A stretch of DNA of 64,000 bases from the NCBI GenBank assembly GCA_964270895.1, contig OZ185439.1. One strand, 5' to 3'. The stretch's first letter is position 1; every line of letters starts with the position of its first letter. Positions 53,863-64,000 of the stretch are shown piece by piece. The DNA comes from Podarcis filfolensis. Taxonomy: Eukaryota. Below the pieces are notes generated by a model. The model ran no database searches, was not told the origin of the DNA, and saw only the letters and a list, made by a program, of their open reading frames with translations. The position numbers were made by a program, and so were the translations under genes.

Positions 53863-55222
53863 TATTAACAGACAAACACTACATTTTCCAAAATGGGTTT
53901 GTAAATACTATAGATTTCCTCTAAGAAAGGGAGGTACATGCTTTCAGAAAAAGTGCATTTCTAGACCCTCAGAAGAAGAAACGAGACCCCATGATGGCAA
54001 CTGAGCACATTCAGAAACCCCTAATCACGATGGAAAATCTTGGCCTTACTGTTTACTTTTATGATTCTCTCTATGAAAGTAGCAGACATAGCAATAAATG
54101 ACATAACTCTCATTACCATTCCATTCATTCATGCAAGTCACCAATATTTTCTGCCAGGAAAAATAAACTGTGCAGAATATTCTTGAATGTAAGGCATTGA
54201 AAAGCTTAAAGAGGAAGAAGAGGCTAGGGGCTTCTGGTAAATATTTGCCTAACTTTCAGAAAACAAAAGAAAATTTCCCAAAAAAGTAAAACTGCACACA
54301 CTGTGGGGATTTCAAGACAGTGTCTTTTTCAGACAGTTTCATTCCTGGTATTTTAAAAGAAGTTTTTTCCTTCTAGACTCCCCTACTTCTTTTCTGCAAC
54401 ACAATTCTTTGAAGTACTGTCCAGGAAAGGAGAAAATACTCTTAGGAGAGAAGTGTATATATTCCCTTGGTTTCCTCCTTTGCTAGATATTGTGGACACA
54501 CCCACTCCCTGGTGAGGGAACATAATTCAGCTGCACCCTTTCAGCAGCTGGTCTGTACAGGATGGAGTCATGTGGAACGCAATTTACTACCATTCCTGGC
54601 AGCCGTTGGAGCTGCACCTTCAATAAACATTGTTTAAACAAGTGTTCAAACAAAATAAAAATGGTTTAGTCTCCAGGTTAGTTCACCTCAGCTGAATAAG
54701 GAGATTTTGCTGTGGCGAGGGGGAAGAGAGATATCTATAGCTCTCCAACATCCTAAGTTTCTTTGGGTCGTAAAGAATCAGGCTACACACCACAAATTAA
54801 ACCTATCAAAGTGATTAAGATTAACCCTGAATTATGTCAAGGACCTATCATTTTTAAATTTAAAAAAACCATCATTCAATTTGTTAATTTACTGCACTTA
54901 AGAGCACTTATAAACAGTTTAGTATTTTAAAATCTAAGCAGGAACAATAATGATCATTAAAACAAAAACACAACAGTACCAGAAAAGAATATAAAAACAG
55001 GAATTCAAACTAACAGAAAAACAGGGCCTGATCTGAAGCAACTAATGTTCACTGCTTCATGGTATGGCCTATTCTACTTCACATATGCTCCATTCTAAGT
55101 CCATTTTAAGTTTTACGTTTAGTTATTTTCACCTTTTTTAAAAAAAAAGATAATTAGGAGGAAAATAAATCTAAGTCATCACTTAAAGAAAGAAAACAAA
55201 ACATTTAGCCACTGAGAGTTTA

Positions 55223-55351
<129 letters not shown>

Positions 55352-56329
55352 CTAAGAGAATTTCAAAAGTGTTTTAATTAGCTCACACCAACCCTCATAA
55401 TGGGCTCACAAAGATGATGCATTTTAACCCTTCAAATAATTCATTCTTTTTCTACCCTGTTTTTCTACAATGGCTGTGGTACCCCTGAAAAGTAGTCAGA
55501 TGCTTAGAAATCCATAGTGGAATAACCTGCATCACTATGTCAGCACGGTGGCAGTGTCACAAAACTCCAAATACAGCAGGAACAAAAACCCAAATGATAC
55601 AAAATTAGCAATTCTGCATGGATGTAATTATCTGGTCAAATTCATTCTAAGTGCCGACATCTGTGATTTTCTGAACTGAAAGAACAGAACAGAAAGTGAA
55701 GTATTTGTTTAGTGACTTTTTATTGATCTATGTCACACTTTCTTTCAAGGACCTCAAGGAGGCATACATGATTTTCCCCATCTGCATTTTACCTTCACAA
55801 CCCTGGGGGGTAGATCGCCCCGTGAGCCCAGGTCACCCACTCTAAACACTACACCTCACTGGCTCACAAGAGTTATGAAAAGTCACAGGAGATGGAGAAC
55901 AGTGATGAGCACAGAGGGCATACTTCCAGATGACTAAACGCCCTACCTATGGCTCCCGTTGTTTATTGAGATTTTAAGAGGTACAGCTGCAATCCAAAGC
56001 CCTACATAGATCATGGAGTTCTGAATAAACATGGCCTAGTCCATATTCTTTAGTGCTGAGAAATGCTACACGTTGAAATTCACACAGATCACTTTCCCAT
56101 TTCAAGGATTACAACCTAGTCTGTTCTCTGGCAAATCCCTGATAGCACATCAGAGATTTTATATAGAGATGTGGGAGAGAGGCTAGGAACTTTTTTCATT
56201 CTTTTAATCGACTACAATATGTGAACACTACCTCTGGGGACAGAGTTCCTAAAACAACAACAGATGTTTAACGTCCGCTGAGCTTTGTGTCATAGGTGCT
56301 GGTGGCTGCCCTTATGCCTAGTTATGGGA

Positions 56330-56550
56330 AGCAGTGCTGACCTCTGCATAAACCGGACCAATCCTTAAGAACAGCCTCTGAGGCTCTGCTCATGAGCCTT
56401 CCATCAAGAAATATTAAAGGGGAAGGAATCATAAACAGGGCCTTTTGGGTGGCAGCTCTGTTCATGAACTTTCTTCTTAAGAAGGCATGTGTGACCAGTA
56501 TACTGTCAGCCTTAAAGGCACTGAAGACTTTTCTATTCCAAGCAGCTTTT
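56330..56550 (+). mobile_element. L2 LINE 3' relic
   Basis: ccttaagaacagcctctgaggctctg...acagggccttttgggtggcagctc parallels 42530-42630. Confidence 0.55.
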
Positions 56551-59500
56551 ATTTTATTTTTTATTAATGTTGCAATACATATATGAAATCTTTACATAAT
56601 AATACATATACATTAATTTGTAAATTCACATTCACATTTCATTATGTACCAAAAAATATCGATTTCTTATTTCTTGCCATGTGTCTTCCCTCCACCCGTG
56701 TGTGACTTCCTTGTTATTATTTTGTAACTTTATTATTGAGATTGTATTTTTGTGTCTTAATAATTAAACATTCATTCTTATATATCCAAGCAGCTTTTAA
56801 TTAGCATTTTAGTGCTTCATATTTAACTGCTGCTGCTTTTTTAACCTTTCCATTTTTTAGCTGCCTGATTTTATACCCTGCTGATCCTGTTTCAGTTGTT
56901 GCTGGTATAAAAAAAGAAGAAGATATTTTAGTGTTTCACAGATTGTAGTTCTATGGACTGCAATTACATCATAATGAATTCTGTTCTTATTATGTTGTGA
57001 GGAGGAATGTAAAGGGTGAAGATCAGATAGATTATATGCTCCTTTATACAAAAACAACTACTCAACAGCTTTGTACAGAGAAAACCAGCATGTCAGGCAA
57101 AGGGGTGGCCCCAACACTGGGTTATCTATGTACAGGATTTTAGCATTTTGCTTTGGTTTTGACAGAGGAATACTTCATCGTGTGTGTTTCTGCCTGCAGG
57201 TACACATGATGTCACCTAGAAACAGGTGTTCCTCCACATCTGCTGTTTGTGAAAAGTGATGGGGTTTTATTCAGCGGTGACTCTTAGGGGAAAATGCTAT
57301 TGCTTGCACAAGTCAGGGCACAGAATTTTTGCCCATTCCCCGCCCCCCATGCAGGAATGCCTAAAACCATTTTCCAACTCTGATCAGCAGGATCCTCAAA
57401 CCCTCCAGATCGCTGAAGCAGCTGGGGGAGGGGAGGCTTTTCATGGATAGGAGAGATTGGTAAAAATAAATAAATACATGGGTGTCCTGGCTTGAAAGAA
57501 CAGAAACACCTTATACTAAGGCAAAGTCACCACTGTCATGGTTCTCTTTCAAGTACACAAAGTCTGTAGTACGTCGGTCAGGACATAAACGTACAGGAGA
57601 GATCTGTGCACTGAACTTCAGTTGCAGCTTTCCATTTCCACTGCAGTAACTTTCATCACCAAAGGGATATCCCCACTTTTTAAAAGAGCAGCTTCTCAGC
57701 TCAGCAAAGATCCTGCCGCACACAAGTAACGCACTTTTGTGTCCTTATTTGGTTACTGGCCATAGTTAACATAAAATCTCTTTTATTTCCTAAGAGTCTC
57801 ATTAGGCAGCAAGGCACCGGTACTGCTATGTTATGAATGCAGGCTTTGAACTTTAAAGCATCAGAAAAAAGATTTTCTGTGCCTGCATTTTTTTCCCCTT
57901 TTCAACTCTTGCTTTTTCACATTTATGAGCCCAATGCTAACCTCCTGGTCAGGAATGTGATATAAGATAAGCATCAATTCCAGAATGAAAATTTGGGTGT
58001 GCTTTGTACATTCAGTTAGCTATTACACACCAGGAAACAGTCTGTTAGGAGCCGAAGTTTCGGTCTTAACAATCACTGCTCCTGCAATGTCCCATTCCCC
58101 CATCCGCACTGTGACTCAGGCAGGAGTAGCTCAACATAGGTAGAGAATTATAAAGAGCAGTTATATAAAAGAGGGCTAACTATAGGGTGCAACGGAAAGG
58201 ATAAAAGATGTTTACTGATGTATACTGGGAACCCAAAATGCATACATCTTTGCCCCTACAGGAACTTGAAACCAAAGCAGTTCCCACATCCTACACAGCA
58301 ACTGTTTGGAGCAGTTCTCCCGATTAAACTTAGTGGGTTTTTTTAATGAATTTGACAAGCACTCAGTCATCCACATATTGTGCTATTGCTTGACTCACTT
58401 TCAGCCCCTTTGTGTGGTACATGAAGGCTGAGTTGCAAGCTGGGCACCTTCTGAAACAATCATTACTGTTTCAGTGAACGTTTTGCACATGGCAAAGACC
58501 CTTTCAACCCAAAGCCCACAACACATCAATCTGATTAAGTGAATTAGCTAACACAGATAATTCATTCAGTTCTCTAGCACACAGAAAACACAACTTGTTC
58601 GTTCCCTTACATTATAGTTCAATGCCATTCATTGAATCTGGACAGCGTCTGCTAAAATCCTACCAGCACCATCTTATCATTTCTTTCCAAAACTCTGTAC
58701 AGTTTCCACAGCACTCCACCTATCATGCTCCAATGTCCTTACCTTTATATTTAAGTCTTCTCAATCCCTAGCTATAGGCTGATCTCAAACTCATACAATT
58801 TAAAGTAATGTAGAATATCTACTTCTTTCCATGGAAGATTCCTTAATGACCTCTTCATTCTAAGCTCCGCTGCAGTACTCTTCAACTTGCAAATAGAGTG
58901 TGTGCTGCCTTATGGGAATTAACATGCCCCATGCCTTTATCAGAGATATTTTCCTTCTTGCACTGATTTATTAAATATGGTAGCTATGAACTGCTTTACC
59001 ATATTTCACACTTTTGCAAGCACTCTGTTCCTCTGTGTGTAAATAGCTTTTACAATATCTGCAGCTAAAGATTTTTTAAAAATATGATTCTGTAATTGTA
59101 ACCAATAGACACAATTACTATAGCACTGTTAATCTACAATGTACTTAAAGGCTTTATCTCACATGTCCTTCCAATCACTCTAATGTAGAACCCCTATTAT
59201 TTCCCTCATTTACTAATGAAGAATTGAAGATGAAGGTTCTTTCGTATTTCTGAAAGTGGTAAAAAAATATATTGGGCAAACTGTGGTATATGTATGAGCT
59301 GATCCACATCTGGATCCCATGCATCTCTCACACATGATGAAGGTATGATGTTCTTCTTTGCGTTTCAAAGCAAAAATATGACTTGTGGTGTAATCCTATG
59401 TTTGTTAACCCAGAAGGAAGTCCCACTGAGCTCTGTGGGGTACACTCCCAAGTATGCAAGCCTAGGAGTGCAGCCTTACTTGTGCTTCCCCTTTCGGTAG

Positions 59501-59654
59501 TCTCTCATGAAAGAGTCCTACGTGAGTCCAGATTATCTCAGTTTAATACACTAATATATAAATGAGACCTTTGGTGACATGCACAGCTGCTTTGCTTCTT
59601 CCTTCAGATGAACGGGCAAACCAACCAGGAAATTTCAAATTAATTCAAATTAAT

Positions 59655-59909
59655 AGAGCCAGTGTGATGTAGTGGTTAAGAGCGGTGGACTCGTAATCTG
59701 GTGAACAGGGTTTGCTTCCCTGCTCCTCCACAAGCAGCTGCTGGGTGACCTTGGGCTAGTCACACTTCTCTGAAGTCTCTCAGCTTCACTCACCTCACAG
59801 AGTGTTTGTTGTGGGGGAGGAAGGGAAAGGAGATTGTTAGCCGCTTTGAGACTCCTTAGGGTAGTGATAAAGCAGGAAATCAAATCCAAACTCTTCATCA
59901 TCATCATCT
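59655..59909 (+). mobile_element. tRNA-derived CORE-type SINE with simple-repeat tail
   Basis: agagccagtgtgatgtagtggttaagagc head, ctgggtgaccttgggctagtcac core, gtgataaagcaggaaatcaaatccaaactcttcatcatc tail. Confidence 0.85.
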
Positions 59910-60194
59910 TAATGGGGAAACTATAGACAACAGCTTTTGAACAAGTCCAGATATTAAGACAATATAATGGTCTGGCTGGTTCTTAAGCCTTTAACCACAG
60001 TTTCCTGGTTGGGATGACACAGCAAAATAGGTAATGGAAGTCTCACTGGTTTGTTTGCTTGGCTGAAGCAAAGGGCTGCATTTACTTATTCATTCATTTC
60101 ATGAAGTGATTTAGCAATTTAAAAAACAACAACATGAAAACAATTTCAAATCCAATAGGGATACAGATTGGGGCAAAGATTTCCACTTAAAAGC

Positions 60195-60430
60195 TTTGTT
60201 GAAAGAGGATGGTCTTCAACAGACATGGAGAATAAAATAAAGACAACACCTGTCTGATACACAACAGGAAGGAATTCCAAAGGGTAACTGTTCCGACACT
60301 AAAGTCCCAATTCCTACATCATATGGAACAGACCTCTTGATGAGATGGTACCTTTAGGAGACCCCATCTGGCAGAATGCTGTGATCAGCTGCATATTATA
60401 ATGGGTGAGACAATCTTTTAGATGTCCTGT
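60195..60430 (-). mobile_element. Probable L2 3' relic
   Basis: ggaaggaattccaaagggtaactgttccgacactaaag resembles a reversed L2 3' region; highly decayed. Confidence 0.4.
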
Positions 60431-63160
60431 ATGCTGAGTGAAAAGGCTCACTTATATCTCGGCTTATTAAGCAGAGATATGATCATACAGACGCAGTCAA
60501 TTATTTTCCTTAGACTAAGCAGAGATTTTCCTCAGATTTGCCCAAGTAGAAGCTTGAAACCAGGTCCAAAAATGTTTTAGGAATGACATTCCCCTGCATC
60601 TCAGCTGCTTCACATTTTACACACCTAGTTCCTCATCATCATTTTACAACAAAAGAGAAATACCTTCATATGTTCTGATTTTTGTAAGGGGAGGGGGTGT
60701 GTGCGCATGCACACACACATGCACACACACACAATTTTTTTTATAGTTAGCCAACATAAACCTGGTCTCTTTACCCTATCTGGTTTGAAAATATGAAAAG
60801 CAGACTGTCTGAGACGGCAGCCATTCCAGTGTCTAATTTGGGAAGATAACACCATCAGTTACATTGCATATAATATGAACACGAAGATATTGCCAGGTTT
60901 GTGGATAGGGCTGGGGGAGAACCTGCTACACTGACAATATTCATCTAATATTCTAAGTGAGATTGATACTGTGTCTACTTTTAAGCCCACAACTTTTAAG
61001 CCTACCTACGTCATACCAAATAATCACTTTAGTTGCACAAAGTGTTTATGACACAGTGTCAAGAAACTACATTTACAATGGCTCAAGTTATTCATCTTGT
61101 TGACAAGGCAAAAACCTAACAAGATCTATCTTTTTCTTTGCTGAAGAGGCTGTTAGCTGTTGGGAGATTACTGAATCAAGCTGTTAACCACCCAATCAAT
61201 CCTCATCAGTTCACAAAGTCTGGGCAGACTGTTAATGTGGACAGCACGTATTTCTTTTTTTAGAGTCCCTCTCTCCTCTTTATGAAACTAGTTCTGAGGA
61301 GCAAAATGTTGTAAGTCTTCTGCACTACTCAATGAAGATTTAGCTCATGCAAAGTATGAACACAACTGGCTGAAGCTGAGACTTTCTAGTGGAATAAACA
61401 GTCCTCAGATAGACATGTGGGCAACCTCTTCTTTACATTAGGCAAGCCATTTGTGCTTCAGCACATACCATAATATGAAAACCTATGTTCTGTCACAGAA
61501 TGTTATTCCACTTAAGAGACAGCCAAAAAAGATGGAAATTATGCTTTCAGCAGTCACTAGAGTTCAGTTATGTTTACTATGCAAAACCACTAACAAAAAG
61601 ATCCCGGTACAGACCTTTGAAGTATCGCATAAACAACCCAACTGCTGGCTTTATAGGCATCCTGTTTTGGACTCCAACATGCTACCTTCGCCAAACCCGT
61701 CTAATGGAAGTTCAGAGAGTGCCATATCAAATATGCACAATTATGCTTGGTAGACATTCAAGCTTCTTCAGCGAGGGGCACCAGTTCCGCCTGAGGAACC
61801 TTGAGAATCCACTTGCTGGAATACAGTAAGAATAATCCCAGAAAGCTGTGTGCTGGAGCAAAACTAAGTACCAGGAAAGCAAAGCTACTGGGCTCCAAAG
61901 AAATAAGAGGAATCTCTTAAATTTTAGACTGGGTGACGAGCATGAGTGGACGGGAAGAAGACCATGAGCAGTGACAGCACAATTAACCTATTTACAAAGC
62001 CAACCTTCGTATGATTCTGCAGCATGACATTTGGCCTATGCCTGCCAGACTGGGATAACAGACAAATGTTGTTCTAACTAAAAAGAAGCAAGGGTAGGGA
62101 AAAAAATACCCTGGCTTCTCTAAGCAGGTTTTGACAAGCTCTGAACACAATCCTTCTCAGGGCTAAAAATGACAATTCACTGAGCAAGGTTGTTCAAGAA
62201 CTAGAAACCTCAGCTAATGGATTCCGCATCCCCCAACTTGCAGACAATATCTGCGCTGCCAACTGTTACAATGAGTTCTGCATTTGAAACAGAGTCTTTT
62301 GATATCTCCTCCTAGATTTATTCTATCTTACTTGCCTTCATCTGCCTCAGGGAAAACTCATGACCCAACTACTGGATAGTAACAGCCAATCAGAATGCTT
62401 CTAGATGAGTGCATTTCATGTTATTTAGCTTCCTTATTAAAAAAAGAAAGAAAAAGGTCAATATACACTAGAACTTTGCACTCAATTTTGTTAGATGGGT
62501 TTTTGTTTGTTAGTTAGCTTTTTTAAGGATCCAGGCCAGTGGCTATAGCTATAGATTTTGCTGATCATATGTTTGGGAGCTTTGAGCCTCCAAAGTAAGT
62601 TTTTTTAAATGCAGTGACATAGTTAGGAAAACAGGCTGTCACATGCAAGCTGCCACCTTTCACTTGCCTTGCTGATCTAGTACGTGAACAGGTTTTTAAG
62701 CAGTGATCAGTTGCTCTGAATCGCACCTGTCTCCAGCTGACTTGTCCTGAGATCTTTTTCTGTTACAGCATATAGAAACAATAGTGGGAGCCAATTTATG
62801 ATGCCAGTATGGAGGTATCCATGGCATTTCCTTTTCCAGTTTGGTACCATAGTCCCCATAGTCATGGTGAAATCCCCGTGAGTTCCTCCATGCATGCAAA
62901 TGAGGAAGAGTCGCTAACCTTCTCTACGTGACAGGAAAGAAGTAACTGTGTTTTGATCTCTGGGATAATGGAAAAATGAGCTGCATAGAAGAGACACAGG
63001 ATAGGGCTGACACATCCAACCTATACAAAGAGATGCTCTCAGCCATGCTATAACAGGGCACACAATACTGCTACATATTCACAGCCTGATCCTACCCATG
63101 TCTAAGAATAAGTTTCAGTGAGTTCAGTGAGATGCAGGGTAATCTCTCCTTCCACCACTT

Positions 63161-63789
63161 GTTGTTGTTTAGTCATGTCCGACTCTTCGTGACCCCATGG
63201 ACCAGAGCACGCCAGGCACTCCTGTCTTCCACTGCCTCCCACAGTTTGCTCAAACTCATGCTGGTAACTTCGAGAACACTGTCCAACCATCTCATCCTCT
63301 GTCGTCGCCTTCTCCTTATGCCCTCCATCTTTCCCAGCATCAGGGTCGTTTCCAGGGAGTCTTCTCTTCTCATGAGGTGGCCAAAGTATTGGAGCCTCAG
63401 CTTCAAGATCTGTTCTTCCAATGAGCACTCAGGGCTGATTTCCTTCAGAATGGATAGGTTTGATCTTCTTGCAGTCCATGGGTCTCTCAAGAGTCTCCCC
63501 CAGCACCATAATTCAAAAGCATCACTTCTTCGGCCTTCTTTATGGTCTAGCTCTCACTTCCATACATCACTACTGGGAAAGCCATAGCTTTAACTATACG
63601 GACCTTTGTCGGCAAGATGATTTCTCTGCTTTTTAAGATGCTGTCTAGGTTTGTCATTGCTTTCCTCCCACGAAGCAGGCGTCTTTTAATTTCATGATTG
63701 CTGTCACCACCTGCAGTGATCATGGAACCCAAGAATGTGAAATCTCTCACTGCCTCCATTTCTTTCCCTTCTATTTGCCAGGATACGTC
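63161..63789 (-). mobile_element. 5'-truncated BovB (RTE) LINE with decayed RT C-terminus
   Basis: ORFs 63547-63759 (DFTFLGSMITAGGDSNHEIKRRLL...KVRIVKAMAFPVVMYGSES) and 63173-63490 (LKLRLQYFGHLMRREDSLE..LMLGKMEG.RRRRRQRMRWLDSV); (CAA)n tail. Confidence 0.95.
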
Positions 63790-63859
63790 TCAGTGAATTC
63801 AATGAGGTGCAGGGTAATCGCTCCCTCCACCACTTAGTATTAATTTTTTTCTGTACACA

Positions 63860-64000
63860 GTGGGAATAGCTCAGTTGGCAGAGCATGAGACTCTTAATCT
63901 CAGGGTCGTGGGTTTGAGCCCCATGTTGGGCGACAGATATCTGCATTGCAGGAGGTTGGACTAGATGACCTCTGTGGTCCCTTCCTACTCCACAGTTCTA
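63860..64000 (+). mobile_element. tRNA-Lys(CTT)-derived SINE with CR1-like tail (runs to the window edge)
   Basis: tagctcagttggcagagcatgagactcttaatctcagggtcgtgggtttgagccccatgttgggcg followed by the same tail as 48536. Confidence 0.88.

Noticed and set aside
62696-62899. Minus ORF containing PPYW, suggestive of the upstream Ig-II exon (RAPYWT...)
   Set aside because: No further similarity (no MEKRLHAVPAA or HRIGGYK) and no fitting splice sites. The real exon is probably beyond 64000.
63860-63932. Apparent tRNA-Lys(CTT) gene
   Set aside because: The acceptor stem cannot pair (GTGGGAA versus TTGGGCG), there is no Pol III terminator, and it continues into a CR1-like tail shared with 48536. It is a SINE head.

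Overview
Eukaryotic (squamate, most likely lacertid lizard) genomic DNA. The whole window lies inside one gene, FGFR2, on the minus strand. It holds 14 coding exons, from the second Ig-II exon (55228-55351) through IgIIIa, the mutually exclusive IIIb and IIIc exons, the TM exon and the split kinase exons to the stop codon (389-391), plus part of the 3' UTR. Exon sizes, splice sites and reading phases all chain into an intact ORF; the 5' exons lie beyond position 64000. The IIIb/IIIc splicing switch is readable in the sequence: the ISE-2/ISAR long-range stem, UGCAUG sites, a UGG-rich ESRP-type enhancer and an S10-like silencer. The tandem GT/GA donor for the VT motif is also present. Introns carry squamate repeats: Sauria SINE, tRNA-Lys/CR1-tail SINE, CORE-type SINE, BovB, L2, CR1, Tc1/mariner and hAT MITEs. 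The most unusual items are an apparent loss of the U-rich IAS1 element after exon IIIb, a 7SK snRNA fragment abutting a 135-N gap, an inverted near-identical MITE pair, a MITE with an internal 53-bp stem, and a BovB insertion with a 46-bp flanking duplication. I found no new protein-coding system. All comparisons to human FGFR2, 7SK and repeat consensi are from memory, not from a database search.
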